DNA of 64,000 nucleotides. Origin: Alphaproteobacteria bacterium (GTDB taxonomy: Bacteria; Pseudomonadota; Alphaproteobacteria; CALKHQ01). Under the pieces are notes generated by a model, which was not told where the DNA came from, did no database searches, and saw nothing but the letters and a program-made list of their open reading frames with translations. A program made the translations under genes and the position numbers. The stretch lies in contig CBDDFZ010000001.1 in the NCBI GenBank assembly GCA_965227515.1, forward strand, positions 544,001 to 608,000, read 5' to 3'. This document shows, in pieces, positions 1-16,106 of the stretch; within the stretch, counting starts at the first letter, position 1, and each line of letters begins with the position of its first letter.

Positions 1-177
1 CCATGTCGGGTTTCATGGCCGGCACGACACGGCGCCGTGGCACGACCGTGCGGTCACAGCGTTCTTCGAGCGGGTTATCGGACCGGAACTTACCGTCGCG
101 TAGGTCGTTCCGCTACCGGAATGATCGTTAGAATCTGTACGTTTGCGGCGACTTGATCCAAGTTGTGGTCAAGTATG

Positions 178-319
178 CCCCTCACCCTCCCAAACCTATC
201 GGTTCGGGCCCCTCCCTCTCCCACGCGGGGAGAGGGGGAAACACGGCCGACAATGACCCCTCCCCCAAGCCTGGGAGAGGGAGGGGCCCGGCCGGCAAAG
301 CCGGACGGGAGGGTGAGGG
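178..319. repeat. ~140-bp composite palindromic intergenic repeat (CCCTCACCCTCCC...GGGAGGGTGAGGG), CIR/RIME-like; copy 1
   Basis: Terminal inverted repeats plus internal CCCTCTCCC/GGGAGAGGG hairpins; near-identical copy at 55650-55791. Confidence 0.85.
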
Positions 320-349
320 TTGGTCTGATTCTGCTGCTGTTTCTTGAAA

Positions 350-1312
350 CTAGCGGTCGTTGGAGTGCCCGGCGCGGTGCATCAGCCGGGCGACCAGCTC
401 GTCGAGCTGCTCCAGCGTCTTGTAGCGCACGGTCACGGTGCCGCCGCCGGCGCCGCCATGGCGCACGCCGACCTTGAGGCCGAGCGCATCGGTCAACTCC
501 TGCTCCAGGGCGGCGGTATTGGCATCCGGCACCGGCCGGCCGCTCGCCCGCTTCGGCGATTTCGGCTGCTGCGCCAACGCCTCGGCCTGACGGACGTTCA
601 GCCCCTTGGCGACGATCTCGTTGGCCAGATCGCCGGGCCGCTCGGCGGTCAGCAGCGCGCGGGCGTGGCCCGCCGTCAGCCGACCGTCCTCGACCATCGA
701 CTTCACCGAGCCGGGCAGCGCTAGCAGGCGCATCATGTTGGCGATGTGGCTGCGGCTGCGGCCGATGATGTCGCCAAGCTGCTCCTGGGTGTAGCTGAAC
801 TCCTCGATCAGCCGGCGATAGCCGCCGGCCTCCTCCAGCGGATTGAGGTCCTGGCGCTGCAGGTTCTCGACCAGGCCGATCTCCAGCGCGCCGTGGTCGT
901 CGATCTCCCGCACCACGACCGGCACGTCGTGCAGCTTTGCCCGCTGTGCCGCGCGCCACCGCCGCTCGCCGGCAATGATCTGGTAGCGGCCGGGATTGCC
1001 CGGCTCGCGGCGCACGATGATCGGCTGCAGCACGCCATGGCGGCGCACCGATTCGGTCAGCGCGGCCATCTCCTCATCGTCGAACACCTGGCGCGGCTGG
1101 AACGGCCCCGGTGCCAGATCGCCGATCGGCAAGGTCTGGGTCGCCTTGCCCTCGCCACCTGACGGCGCGGCACCGCCGGCGCCGTCCTCCGGATAGTCGT
1201 CGCCGAGCAGGGCGGAGAGGCCGCGCCCGAGCTGGCGCCGCTTCGGCGCGGCGGTCGTCCGCGCGCTTTCGTCCTGAGTCACTGTCTCAGTCACTAAGTT
1301 GGTTGCCGGCAT
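350..1312 (-). CDS. parB: Chromosome partitioning protein ParB
   Basis: [30 protein letters not shown] and ENLQRQDL motifs; downstream of parA; start MPATN estimated. Confidence 0.95.
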   Translation of the reverse strand: MPATNLVTETVTQDESARTTAAPKRRQLGRGLSALLGDDYPEDGAGGAAPSGGEGKATQTLPIGDLAPGPFQPRQVFDDEEMAALTESVRRHGVLQPIIVRREPGNPGRYQIIAGERRWRAAQRAKLHDVPVVVREIDDHGALEIGLVENLQRQDLNPLEEAGGYRRLIEEFSYTQEQLGDIIGRSRSHIANMMRLLALPGSVKSMVEDGRLTAGHARALLTAERPGDLANEIVAKGLNVRQAEALAQQPKSPKRASGRPVPDANTAALEQELTDALGLKVGVRHGGAGGGTVTVRYKTLEQLDELVARLMHRAGHSNDR

Positions 1313-2145
1313 CGCCGCAAGAACTCCCCTGCCAATTGCACATAGGCGCGCGCGCCCGGACAGCGCCAGTCGTAGACCAGCACCGGCTTGCCGTGAGACG
1401 GCGCCTCGGAGACGCGCACATTGCGCGGCACCACGGTGCGATAGACCACGTCGGCGAAATGCGACCGCACATCCTCCGCCACCATGTCGGACAGGTTGTT
1501 GCGCCGGTCGAACATGGTCAGCACCACACCGCCCAGCACCAGCCGGTGGTTGAAGTTGCGGCCGATGCGGTCGATGGAGCGCACCAGGTGGCTCAGCCCC
1601 TCCAGCGCGAAGAACTCGCATTGCAGCGGCACCAGCACCGAATCGGCGGCGGTCAGGGCGTTCAGGGTCAACAGGCCCAGCGACGGCGGGCAGTCGAGCA
1701 GGATGTGGTCATAGACCTCACGCGCCGGCGCCAGGCCGTCGTGCAGGCGGTGCGCGCGGCGCGGCGCGTCGACCAGCTCCAGCTCAGCCCCGAGCAGGTC
1801 GGGCGAGGCCGGCGTGATGAACAGGTTCGGAATGGTGGTCTCGCGCGCCACATCGCGCACCCGCGCCGCGCCGCTCAGCACCTCATAGATGTTGCGGGCC
1901 CGCTCGGTGGACGGCACGCCCAGCCCGGTGCTGGCATTGCCCTGCGGGTCCATGTCGACCAGCAGCACCTTCTTGTCGACGGCGGCGAGCGCGGTGGCGA
2001 GATTGATCGCCGTGGTGGTCTTGCCCACGCCGCCCTTCTGATTGGCGACGGCGATGACCTTGCCGGGATGAGGCGCCCTAAGGGTCGGTTGGGGAGCCTG
2101 GTTCGGCGCCTGCTGGGGCGCGGTGCGGGTGACGACGACGGACAT
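1294..2145 (-). CDS. parA: Chromosome partitioning ATPase ParA (Soj)
   Basis: [11 protein letters not shown] deviant Walker [24 protein letters not shown]. Confidence 0.96.
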   Translation of the reverse strand: MSVVVTRTAPQQAPNQAPQPTLRAPHPGKVIAVANQKGGVGKTTTAINLATALAAVDKKVLLVDMDPQGNASTGLGVPSTERARNIYEVLSGAARVRDVARETTIPNLFITPASPDLLGAELELVDAPRRAHRLHDGLAPAREVYDHILLDCPPSLGLLTLNALTAADSVLVPLQCEFFALEGLSHLVRSIDRIGRNFNHRLVLGGVVLTMFDRRNNLSDMVAEDVRSHFADVVYRTVVPRNVRVSEAPSHGKPVLVYDWRCPGARAYVQLAGEFLRRCRQPT

Positions 2146-2773
2146 AGCCTACCTTCACGATGGCGCCGCGCTGATCGCTGGCACTGGGGACGATTTCGGC
2201 CTCCATACTCCAACACTTTGTGGCTTCGGTCAACTCATCCCCAATATCTTGTGACTTGAGAAATAGGCATGTTCCCGAATTTTCGCCCGCATCCGCACCG
2301 GATTCGCCAATGAAAGGCGCTGCATAGGCGACGAGTTTCGCAAGCGGCGCGAGGGCGCGCGCGGTCGCCACATCGGCCCGCCAAGGCGTCAGATTTTCGA
2401 TCCGCGCGGCATGGACGCCAACTTCGAGACCCATGACGCGGGCCGACTCGCGCAGAAAGGCGCACTTGCGCTGGTCCGACTCGATCAGGTCGACATGGCA
2501 ACCGGTGGCGGCCGCCAGCACCAGCCCGGGGAAACCCGCCCCGCTGCCGAGATCGACGATGCGCGTCGCATCTGGCGGCAGATGACCGACGAGTTGCAGT
2601 GAATCGAACACATGGCGGTGCCAAATATCGTCCAGCGTCGACTTGGCGACGAGATTGATCCGGGCCTGCCAGCGCCGCAGCAGGTCGACATGGGCGGCCA
2701 GGCGGTCGGCCGTTTCACGTGAAACACCGGTGGCGGCGCGGAGATCGTCAGGCCCGAAGATGCGGCCCGGCAT
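2078..2773 (-). CDS. rsmG: 16S rRNA m7G527 methyltransferase RsmG (GidB)
   Basis: [22 protein letters not shown] motifs; lies between mnmG and parA. Confidence 0.93.
   Translation of the reverse strand: MPGRIFGPDDLRAATGVSRETADRLAAHVDLLRRWQARINLVAKSTLDDIWHRHVFDSLQLVGHLPPDATRIVDLGSGAGFPGLVLAAATGCHVDLIESDQRKCAFLRESARVMGLEVGVHAARIENLTPWRADVATARALAPLAKLVAYAAPFIGESGADAGENSGTCLFLKSQDIGDELTEATKCWSMEAEIVPSASDQRGAIVKVGYVRRRHPHRAPAGAEPGSPTDP
2711..2726. promoter_or_regulatory. parS site inside rsmG
   Basis: cGTTTCACGTGAAACA, 15/16 match to TGTTTCACGTGAAACA; encodes VSRET. Confidence 0.9.
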
Positions 2774-2778
2774 CCGGA

Positions 2779-4656
<1,878 letters not shown>

Positions 4657-4723
4657 GGCCGGTTGCTATATGGCTCCCGCCAGCCCAAGTCAAAGCCTCC
4701 AGGAAACGGACCGCCCGTGGCGG

Positions 4724-4739
4724 TGTTTCACGTGAAACA
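4724..4739. promoter_or_regulatory. parS site (perfect palindrome) between mnmE and mnmG
   Basis: TGTTTCACGTGAAACA exact consensus. Confidence 0.95.
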
Positions 4740-4761
4740 TCGGCGGCTTAGGCGGCGGCGC

Positions 4762-6069
4762 TCACTTGCCGATGCAGAATTCGGCAAACAGCCGGTCGAG
4801 CACGTCCTCCACGTCGACAGTGCCGACCAGGCGTCCGAGCCCGGCGAGTGCCGCGCGCACGTCCTCCGCCGCCATGTCGACCGACGGCGCCTCGCCGGCC
4901 CGTTGCAGCGCCGCAACCGTTTCGCCAAGCGCCTGACGCTGGCGCTGGCGCACGACGACGCCAGACACATCGCCCATGCGCCCACGCACCGCGTCTTTCA
5001 GGGCGGATACCAGCGTATCCATCCCCGCCCCGGTCAAAGCCGAGACGCCTAGTTCGTGCGGCGCCGCCGTCGACTCCCCCGCCAGATCGATCTTGTTCAG
5101 GACGTCAAGACGGATCGCATCGGGCGGTAGGTCCAGAGCATCATGGGCGCCCGCCGCCTCATCCGCCGCGCGCACGACAATGACGACGTCGGCAACGGCA
5201 CCCCGCGCCCGTGCCCGGCGCACGCCCTCCATCTCGATCTCGTCGCCGGATGCACGAAGTCCGGCGGTGTCCGCCAGCCGCGCGGGGATGCCGCCGATAT
5301 CCAACCGTGCCTCCACCACGTCGCGAGTGGTGCCGGCGCGCGGCGAGACTATGGCCAGGTCGGAGCCGACCAACCGATTGATCAGGCTCGATTTTCCGAC
5401 ATTCGGCGGGCCGAGCACGGCAATCGACACCCCATCCCGCAGCGCCCGCGCCGCCTGTTCCGAGCCAAGGCGGGTCCGGATATCGCCCGCAATGGCCGAC
5501 AGGCCGGCCCGCACCGTGTCGAGCAGATCGTCGGGCAGGTCCTCGTCGCTGAAGTCGATGGCGGCCTCCAGCCGCGCCGCGACGTCGACCAGCCGGTCAC
5601 GCAGGCCCATCGCCCAGGCATGGGTGGACCCATCCGCCTCGCGCGCCGCCACCCGGCGCTGTGCCTCGGTTTCCGCGGCGATCAGGTCGGCCAGCCCCTC
5701 CACGGCGGTCAGGTCGAGCTTGCCATTGTCGAAAGCGCGGCGGGCAAACGCGCCCGCTTCGGCCAGTGCCACCCCGGGCACCGCGCACGCGGCGGCCAGC
5801 ACCGCCTCCACCACCGCCGGGCCGCCATGGACGTGGAATTCGGCCACATCCTCGCCCGTGAAGCTCGCCGGCGCCGGAAACCACAGCACCAGCGCCCGGT
5901 CGATCGCCTCACCGGCCGCATCGCGCAGGGTGCGCAGCGTCGCCTGGCGCGGCGTCGGCAGCGCAACGCCCATCCGCGCCAGAACGCCGGCCGATGCCGG
6001 CCCCGAAAGCCGGACAACCGCGACACCCGCGGGCGGCGGCCCGCTGGACAGCGCGACGATGGTCGTCAT
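4762..6069 (-). CDS. mnmE: tRNA modification GTPase MnmE (TrmE)
   Basis: SFTGED, GPPNVGKSS, GTTRD, DTAGLR, NKID, C-terminal FCIGK. Confidence 0.97.
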   Translation of the reverse strand: MTTIVALSSGPPPAGVAVVRLSGPASAGVLARMGVALPTPRQATLRTLRDAAGEAIDRALVLWFPAPASFTGEDVAEFHVHGGPAVVEAVLAAACAVPGVALAEAGAFARRAFDNGKLDLTAVEGLADLIAAETEAQRRVAAREADGSTHAWAMGLRDRLVDVAARLEAAIDFSDEDLPDDLLDTVRAGLSAIAGDIRTRLGSEQAARALRDGVSIAVLGPPNVGKSSLINRLVGSDLAIVSPRAGTTRDVVEARLDIGGIPARLADTAGLRASGDEIEMEGVRRARARGAVADVVIVVRAADEAAGAHDALDLPPDAIRLDVLNKIDLAGESTAAPHELGVSALTGAGMDTLVSALKDAVRGRMGDVSGVVVRQRQRQALGETVAALQRAGEAPSVDMAAEDVRAALAGLGRLVGTVDVEDVLDRLFAEFCIGK

Positions 6070-6095
6070 GCGGCGCTCAGCTCAGCGCGTGCCCG

Positions 6096-6389
6096 TCATT
6101 CACCCGGCTTCTTGTCGTCGTCATTCGGGGTGTCGTTGGCGCCAGCCACGCCGCTCGCCTTGGCCCAGAATGCCTTCTGCAGCGCCTCGAACCCCTCCAT
6201 CACCGCCTTGCCGGCACCGCCGGAGGCCCAGGCCTTCAGCACGTCCTGCGCGTCCGACGCGCCGACCGCCTCCTCCAGCTTGCGCTTCCATTTGGAGATC
6301 ACCGCGTCCTGCATCGGCTTCACGTCCGGCAGGCCCAGGAACGCGCGCGCCTCTTCCGGTGTGCATTCGATATCGACCTTGAATTTCAT
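6096..6389 (-). CDS. Small conserved alphaproteobacterial protein (DUF6489-like)
   Basis: MKFKVDIECTPEEARAFLGLPDV N-terminus; GGAGG RBS upstream. Confidence 0.75.
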   Translation of the reverse strand: MKFKVDIECTPEEARAFLGLPDVKPMQDAVISKWKRKLEEAVGASDAQDVLKAWASGGAGKAVMEGFEALQKAFWAKASGVAGANDTPNDDDKKPGE

Positions 6390-6464
6390 TGCGTCCTCCA
6401 CCTCACTCAGCCATGCCCTACTTGACCATAGATATAAGCACGCCAGCCGAAGTCGGGAGCATTC

Positions 6465-8506
<2,042 letters not shown>

Positions 8507-8510
<4 letters not shown>

Positions 8511-9001
8511 CCGGCGAGCGCGCCGGCGCGGTTACGGAAGGGGTGCTGCCCACGCCTCTCGGCACCGTCAGCGTGCGCTTTTCCGGCAGCCAGTTGACCA
8601 GCCTGCAATGGGCCGGTGCCGAGGAGACCGAAGCGACCCGCCGGGCGTTGCGCGACCACGCCGGCTTGGCAGCGCTCAACGACCAGCTCACGCGCTACTT
8701 CAATCGCGAACTCAAGCATTTCGATATCGAAATGAATGCCGCGGGCTCAGACTTCCAGACCGCGGTCTGGGCGCAGATGTGCGCCATCCCCTACGGCACC
8801 ACCAGGACATATGGAGAGATCGCCGCGGCGGTCGGTGGCCAGCCGCAGGCGGTCGGCTGGGCCTGCGGGTCCAACCCCATCGCCATCGTCCAGCCCTGCC
8901 ACCGGGTCGTCGCCAGCAACGGCACCGGCGGCTTCAGCGGCGCCGACGGGGTGCCGGCCAAATGCGCCCTGCTGGCGCTGGAAGGCGCGATGCTATTATG
9001 A
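8507..9001 (+). CDS. ogt: Methylated-DNA--protein-cysteine methyltransferase
   Basis: FQTAVW, IPYG, PCHRV active site; ATGA overlap with upstream stop. Confidence 0.9.
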
Positions 9002-9073
9002 ATGCCTGCAACCGATGCGGCGCGGCACGCCGCGCGCCAAACACGACACAAGCAATCGAATCGAGGGGGACCG

Positions 9074-9772
9074 ATGCCCGAAATCCAGATCAGCGCCGCC
9101 GACGGCGGTGAATTCATGGCCTATGTTGCCGCGCCGGCGTCCGGCGGGCCGGCACCGGCGATCCTGGTCGAGCAGGAGATCTTCGGCGTCAACCAGGTGA
9201 TGCGCGACCTGTGCGACGGTTACGCCGCCCAGGGCTACCTCGCGGTCTGCCCGGACCTGTTCTGGCGCCAGGAGCCCGGCATCCAGCTCACCGACAAGAC
9301 CGAGGCCGACTGGGGCCGCGCGTTCGAGCTGTACCAGGGCTTCAACGAGGCGGCCGGCGTGGCCGACATCGCCGCCACCCTCGCCAAGGTCCGCTCCATG
9401 GACCAGTGCAACGGCAAGGTCGGCGCGGTCGGCTATTGCCTGGGCGGCAAGCTCGCCTATCTCACCGCCACCCGCACCGACGCCGATTGCAGTGTCGGCT
9501 ACTATGGCGTGGCGATCGAGGCGGCGCTGGACGAGGCCGTCGCGATCAAGGGCCCGCTGATGCTGCACATCGCCGAGAAGGACCAGTTCTGCCCGCCCGA
9601 GGCCCAGGGCGCGATCAAGGACAAGCTCGCCGGCAACGCGAAGGTCACCATCCACAGCTATGCCGGCATGGACCACGCCTTCGCCCGGGTCGGCGGCGAG
9701 CATTTCGACAAGGCGGCTGCCGAGCAGGCAAACGCCCGCACGGCGGCGTTCTTCAAGGAACATTTGGGCTAA
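9074..9772 (+). CDS. Dienelactone hydrolase family protein
   Basis: QEIFGVN, GYCLGG nucleophile motif, HAF. Confidence 0.92.
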   Translation: MPEIQISAADGGEFMAYVAAPASGGPAPAILVEQEIFGVNQVMRDLCDGYAAQGYLAVCPDLFWRQEPGIQLTDKTEADWGRAFELYQGFNEAAGVADIAATLAKVRSMDQCNGKVGAVGYCLGGKLAYLTATRTDADCSVGYYGVAIEAALDEAVAIKGPLMLHIAEKDQFCPPEAQGAIKDKLAGNAKVTIHSYAGMDHAFARVGGEHFDKAAAEQANARTAAFFKEHLG

Positions 9773-9801
9773 GAAGAACGAGCCCGTCACCTTTCTAACT
9801 C

Positions 9802-9893
9802 CGTCATGCCCGCACTCGTTGCGGGCATCCACGAGATGGCGGCGGAGCCGCCAAAGAAAGACGTGGATGGTCGGGACAAGCCCGACCATGACG
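9802..9893. repeat. Inverted pair of CGTC-type REP palindromes
   Basis: CGTCATGCCCGCACTCGTTGCGGGCATCCACG ... CGTGGATGGTCGGGACAAGCCCGACCATGACG. Confidence 0.8.
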
Positions 9894-9914
9894 ACTTTGA
9901 ATGGGACTGAACAC

Positions 9915-10886
9915 ATGACCAAGGCGATCAGGATTCACCAGCCCGGCGGGCCGGCAGCGATGGTGTGGGAGGACGTGGAGGTCGGCGACCCGGGCGCCGG
10001 CGAGCTGCGCGTCCGCCACACCGCCGTCGGGCTCAACTACATCGACACCTACCACAGGAGCGGGCTCTATCCGCTGCCGCTGCCGGCGACCATCGGCATG
10101 GAGGGTGCCGGCGTCGTCGAAGCCGTCGGTGACGGCGTAACCGGCTTTGCTGAAGGGGATCGTATCGCCTACGCAACGATTCCGGGTTCGTATTCGGAGG
10201 CCCGCCTGATGCCGGCGACGAAGGCGGTCAAGATACCGGACGGCATCGAGGATCGCACCGCGGCCGCGATGATGCTGAAGGGCATGACAGCGGAATACCT
10301 CACCCGCCGCACCTATCGTGTGGAAAAGGGCGACGCGGTGCTGTTCCATGCCGCGGCCGGCGGCGTCGGCCTGATCGCCTGCCAGTGGCTGAACCATCTG
10401 GGCGCGACGGTCATCGGGACCGTCGGCTCGGCCGACAAGGCCCAGCTCGCGACCGATGCCGGCTGCCACCACGTCATCAACTACCGCGAGGAGGATTTCG
10501 TCGCCAAGGTGAAGGACATCACCGGCGGCGCCGGCGTCGCCGTGGTCTATGACGGCGTCGGCAAGGCGACCTTCATGGACTCGCTGGATTGCCTGCGCAA
10601 GCGCGGCATGATGGTGACCTTCGGCAACGCCTCCGGCCCGGTGGACCCGTTCTCGCCGGCGATCCTGTCGCCCAAGGGCTCGCTCTACGTCACCCGGCCG
10701 ACGCTGATGGACTATTGCGCCACGCCCGAGGACCTGAACGCCAGCGCGAGCGCCCTGTTCGACGTGGTCAAGTCGGGTGCGGTCGGGATCGAGATCAACC
10801 AGACCTATCCGCTGGCCGACGCGCGCAAGGCGCATGAGGACCTGGAGGGCCGCAAGACGACGGGCTCCACCGTGCTGATGCCTTGA
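9915..10886 (+). CDS. qor: NADPH:quinone oxidoreductase (zeta-crystallin family)
   Basis: GLNYIDTY.RSGLY, HAAAGGVG, FGNASG, RKTTGS. Confidence 0.92.
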   Translation: MTKAIRIHQPGGPAAMVWEDVEVGDPGAGELRVRHTAVGLNYIDTYHRSGLYPLPLPATIGMEGAGVVEAVGDGVTGFAEGDRIAYATIPGSYSEARLMPATKAVKIPDGIEDRTAAAMMLKGMTAEYLTRRTYRVEKGDAVLFHAAAGGVGLIACQWLNHLGATVIGTVGSADKAQLATDAGCHHVINYREEDFVAKVKDITGGAGVAVVYDGVGKATFMDSLDCLRKRGMMVTFGNASGPVDPFSPAILSPKGSLYVTRPTLMDYCATPEDLNASASALFDVVKSGAVGIEINQTYPLADARKAHEDLEGRKTTGSTVLMP

Positions 10887-10954
10887 CCGCAGGCTTGACC
10901 ATTGCGGTGAAGCCGGTACGGCCACGCGATTGGGGCAGAATATTGGCGCATCGC

Positions 10955-10984
10955 GTTGCGGCCGGCGGGCGCCATGCCTATATA
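10955..10984 (+). promoter_or_regulatory. Putative RpoH (sigma32) promoter of dnaK
   Basis: GTTG-N18-CCTATATA, resembling the alphaproteobacterial RpoH consensus. Confidence 0.55.
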
Positions 10985-11202
10985 CCCGGAGACAGCTGGC
11001 ACGAGGCATGCGCCCGGTGCCGGCATTTTCTGTGATCGCGTGCTCTGTGTCGCCGGTTGCCGTCCGGGGCCGGCCGAAGACGCGATATCAACCGTGGGGG
11101 CCTCGAACAGCGCTGCTGTGCGGGCTGTGGAAAGCCGGACCGGGAACCCGCCTCCGAAGGGAACCCAGCGTCCGATGGGCCTGCTGAGAAGGGAATGAGT
11201 TC

Positions 11203-13134
<1,932 letters not shown>

Positions 13135-13168
13135 TCCGAACCGGCTGAACCAGCTCTAGGACGGATCA

Positions 13169-14329
13169 ATGGCAAAACGTGACTACTACGAGGTTCTCGG
13201 CGTCGACCGCGGGGCCGACGCCGACGACCTGAAACGGGCCTATCGCAAGCTCGCCATGCAGTTTCACCCGGACCGCAATCCGGGCGATACCGATGCCGAA
13301 CGCCAGTTCAAGGAAGTCGGCGAGGCGTACGAGATCCTGAAGGACCCGGAAAAGCGGGCTGCCTACGACCGCTTCGGTCATCAGGCCTTCGAGGCCGGGA
13401 TGGGCGGCGGTGGCGGGCGCGCCGGCGGCGCTGGGTTCGACTTCAATTTCGCCTCAGGGTTCGCCGACATCTTCGACGAGATGTTCGGCGACGCCATGGG
13501 CGGACGCCGGCGTGGACGCGGGCGCGGGTCGGGCCGTGGCGCCGACCTGCGCTACGACATGGAAATCACCCTGGAAGAGGCGTTCGCCGGCAAGCAGGCC
13601 GGCATCCGCGTGCCGGGGTCCATCCAGTGCGACACCTGCAACGGCTCCGGCTCCGAAGGCGGGGCCGCGCCGGTCAACTGCTCCACCTGCGGCGGCCACG
13701 GCAAGGTACGCAGCCAGCAGGGCTTCTTCACCATCGAGCGCACCTGCCCGGCATGCCAGGGCGTCGGCCAGACCATCGAGACCCCGTGCAAGGACTGCAG
13801 CGGCTCCGGCCGGCTGCAGCGGGAACGCTCGCTGTCGGTGAACATTCCGGCGGGTGTGGAGGACGGCACCCGCATCCGGCTCGCCGGCGAGGGCGAGGCC
13901 GGGTTGCGCGGCGGCACCAATGGCGACCTTTACATCTTCCTCGCCATCCGGCCGCACGACTTCTTCAAGCGCGAGGGCGCGGACCTGTTCTGCCAGGTGC
14001 CGATCACCATCGTCGACGCCGCCCTGGGCGGGTCGATCGAGGTGCCGACCATCGACGGCTCGCGCGCCAAGGTGACGGTGCCGTCCGGCACGCAGAACGG
14101 CAAGTTGTTCCGGTTGCGTAACAAAGGCATGTCGGTCATGCGCTCCAACGCGCGCGGCGATATGTACATCGAGGTCGGGGTCGAGACCCCGGTCCACCTG
14201 ACCCGGCGCCAGGAAGAGCTGTTGCGCGAGTTCCAGGAGGCCGGCGGCACCGAGCGCAAGCACAGCCCGCAGTCGGCCGGCTTCTTCGCCAAGGTGAAGG
14301 AATTCTGGGACGACCTGACGGACAGGTAG
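13169..14329 (+). CDS. dnaJ: Chaperone DnaJ
   Basis: J domain with HPD, G/F-rich region, four CxxCxGxG repeats. Confidence 0.99.
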   Translation: MAKRDYYEVLGVDRGADADDLKRAYRKLAMQFHPDRNPGDTDAERQFKEVGEAYEILKDPEKRAAYDRFGHQAFEAGMGGGGGRAGGAGFDFNFASGFADIFDEMFGDAMGGRRRGRGRGSGRGADLRYDMEITLEEAFAGKQAGIRVPGSIQCDTCNGSGSEGGAAPVNCSTCGGHGKVRSQQGFFTIERTCPACQGVGQTIETPCKDCSGSGRLQRERSLSVNIPAGVEDGTRIRLAGEGEAGLRGGTNGDLYIFLAIRPHDFFKREGADLFCQVPITIVDAALGGSIEVPTIDGSRAKVTVPSGTQNGKLFRLRNKGMSVMRSNARGDMYIEVGVETPVHLTRRQEELLREFQEAGGTERKHSPQSAGFFAKVKEFWDDLTDR

Positions 14330-14359
14330 AACAGACCGCCTCTCTCCATACGCCCCTAC

Positions 14360-14665
14360 TTGTCACCCTCGGCCTTGCGCCTGCTGGGCTCATACTTCAC
14401 ACCAACACAACATCGTCATCCTCGGGCTTGTCCCGAGGATCCATTCATGGGGCGGTCCGCGCCAGTGCCGATCGAAGCTGAAGTGGTGAGCCATTGCATC
14501 CATGCGCTCGCCAATCCAGGCGCCGAATCACCTCAACCTATCGAGGTTCTGGACAAATATGGGTCCTCGCCACAAGGGCGAGGACGACAATGGTTTAGTT
14601 CTTGAGAAATCGAGCGAAGCCTTGCGAGATGTGCGAAGCCCGCAGGGACAAGCCCGAGGACGACG
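14360..14665. repeat. Cluster of four CGTC/TGTC-type REP palindromes downstream of dnaJ
   Basis: CGTCATCCTCGGGCTTGTCCCGAGGATCCAT (14414), ATGGGTCCTCGCCACAAGGGCGAGGACGACA (14559), GGGACAAGCCCGAGGACGACG (14645), degenerate copy at 14360. Confidence 0.8.
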
Positions 14666-14798
14666 GTGTGAATTTGCCAATCAAGTAGATGGGCTAACGG
14701 CCCTTGTTTGGTGGCGTGCATGAGTGGTCGTCCCTCAAGATGTCGGTGTCATACACGGAGTCGGGTTTGCCGCTCCAAGACATCGAGGAGAGACGACC

Positions 14799-15842
14799 AT
14801 GAACTACTATGCCGGGATTGACGTTTCTTTGGAATGGTCATCGGTATGCGTTGTTGACGGCGCGGGCGGGATTGTCTGCGAGGCTCGTATTGCGAGCACG
14901 CCGGCGGGTTTGTTGTTGTGGTTTGGGTCTTTGGGGATTTCGGTTGAGCGGATTGGTCTTGAGGCGGGGCCGTTGTCGCAATGGCTTGTGCGGGAGTGCG
15001 CGCAGGGCGGTCTTTCGGTTGAGTTGCTGGAGACGCGTCATGTTGCGCGGGCCCTTTCGACGATGCCGGTGAAGTCGGACCGCTCGGACGCACGCGGGAT
15101 TGCTCAGCTGATGCGTGTGGGCTGGTTTCGTCCGGTTCACTGCAAGTCTTTGGCGGCCCAGGAGATGCGGGCCCTTTTGAAGGGTCGCGACCAGCTCCGC
15201 GCGAAGCTGCACGATCTTGAGATGCACCTTCGTGGTCAGCTGCGGAACTTCGGGCTGAAGGTAGGGCACACCACCAGGCGCAGCTTTTCGACACGTATTT
15301 CGGAGCTTGTGGCGGGGCATCCGGTACTGGAGGCGGTGGCGGGGGCGCTGCTGTCGGCACGCGATGGCCTGTTGCTATCGTTCACGGCGCTGGACCGGCA
15401 GGTCCGGGCGGCGGCGCAGGCCGACGATCGCGCTCGCCTGCTGATGACGGTGCCGGGCGTGGGGAGCATTGTCGGACTGACCTACTTGTCGGGAGTGGAC
15501 GACCCCGGGCGGTTTGCCTCGTCGCGCCTGGTGGGTGCGCACTTCGGCCTGACGCCGACCAAGCGCCAGTCGGGCGAGAGCGAGGTGATGGGGCGGATAT
15601 CGAAGGTAGGGGACGCCGATGTGCGCTCGGCCCTCTATGAGGCGGCACACGTGGTTCTGACCCGGCCGATCGAGGGCGGCTGGCTGAAGAGCTGGGCGAT
15701 GAAGCTGGCCAGGCGTGCGGGCATGAGGAAGGCGAAGGTCGCGCTGGCGCGCCGGCTCGCCGTGATCATGCACCGGATGTGGGTTGACGGCACACCGTTC
15801 AACCATGCCGGACCGGTGCGCCCGGCGATGGCGACAGCATGA
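14799..15842 (+). CDS. IS110-family DEDD transposase/recombinase
   Basis: YAGIDVS, IGLEAG, KSDRSDA (DEDD RuvC-like); C-terminal GLTPTKRQSGE with conserved Ser; GAGGAG RBS. Confidence 0.95.
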   Translation: MNYYAGIDVSLEWSSVCVVDGAGGIVCEARIASTPAGLLLWFGSLGISVERIGLEAGPLSQWLVRECAQGGLSVELLETRHVARALSTMPVKSDRSDARGIAQLMRVGWFRPVHCKSLAAQEMRALLKGRDQLRAKLHDLEMHLRGQLRNFGLKVGHTTRRSFSTRISELVAGHPVLEAVAGALLSARDGLLLSFTALDRQVRAAAQADDRARLLMTVPGVGSIVGLTYLSGVDDPGRFASSRLVGAHFGLTPTKRQSGESEVMGRISKVGDADVRSALYEAAHVVLTRPIEGGWLKSWAMKLARRAGMRKAKVALARRLAVIMHRMWVDGTPFNHAGPVRPAMATA

Positions 15843-15869
15843 TGGCCGCGGCATAAGGAGAACCGACAC

Positions 15870-16075
15870 ACGAGCTTCGACGGGCACCGACACCGGCCCG
15901 TCGAGCGCCGTCCCGCGCCGGGACGATGGATCAGGTCAGGCCGCCATCCGGGATGTCGCCTCGCATGAGAGCACGCTTCCGTAGATTGGACCGACCGATC
16001 CTCGCATATCCATCTTGGCGGCGGCCCTGCGCCGACCCCGTACAGAAGCATGACCCAGGCGCCGGGACGACGAAA
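15870..16075 (+). ncRNA. Predicted bridge RNA / seekRNA in the IS right end
   Basis: Stems 15877-15904, 15909-19/16058-69, 15928-42/15988-16001 and 16017-23/16030-37, with loops carrying target- and donor-matching segments; boundaries approximate. Confidence 0.75.
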
Positions 16076-16106
16076 AAGGGATTGACCAACAATGGCCCGT
16101 TACAGA

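Noticed and set aside
1-175. oriC/DnaA boxes or a gene start near the window edge; imperfect palindrome at 151-174
   Set aside because: No TTATCCACA-like cluster; too little sequence to support a CDS or a site
2078-2145. rsmG/parA 68-bp overlap as a frameshift or pseudogene
   Set aside because: Both proteins retain all motifs; the overlap involves only low-complexity tails or start-site choice
14360-14665. Possible CRISPR array (palindromic ~30-bp units)
   Set aside because: Units are inverted, degenerate and irregularly spaced; no cas genes; fits REP elements
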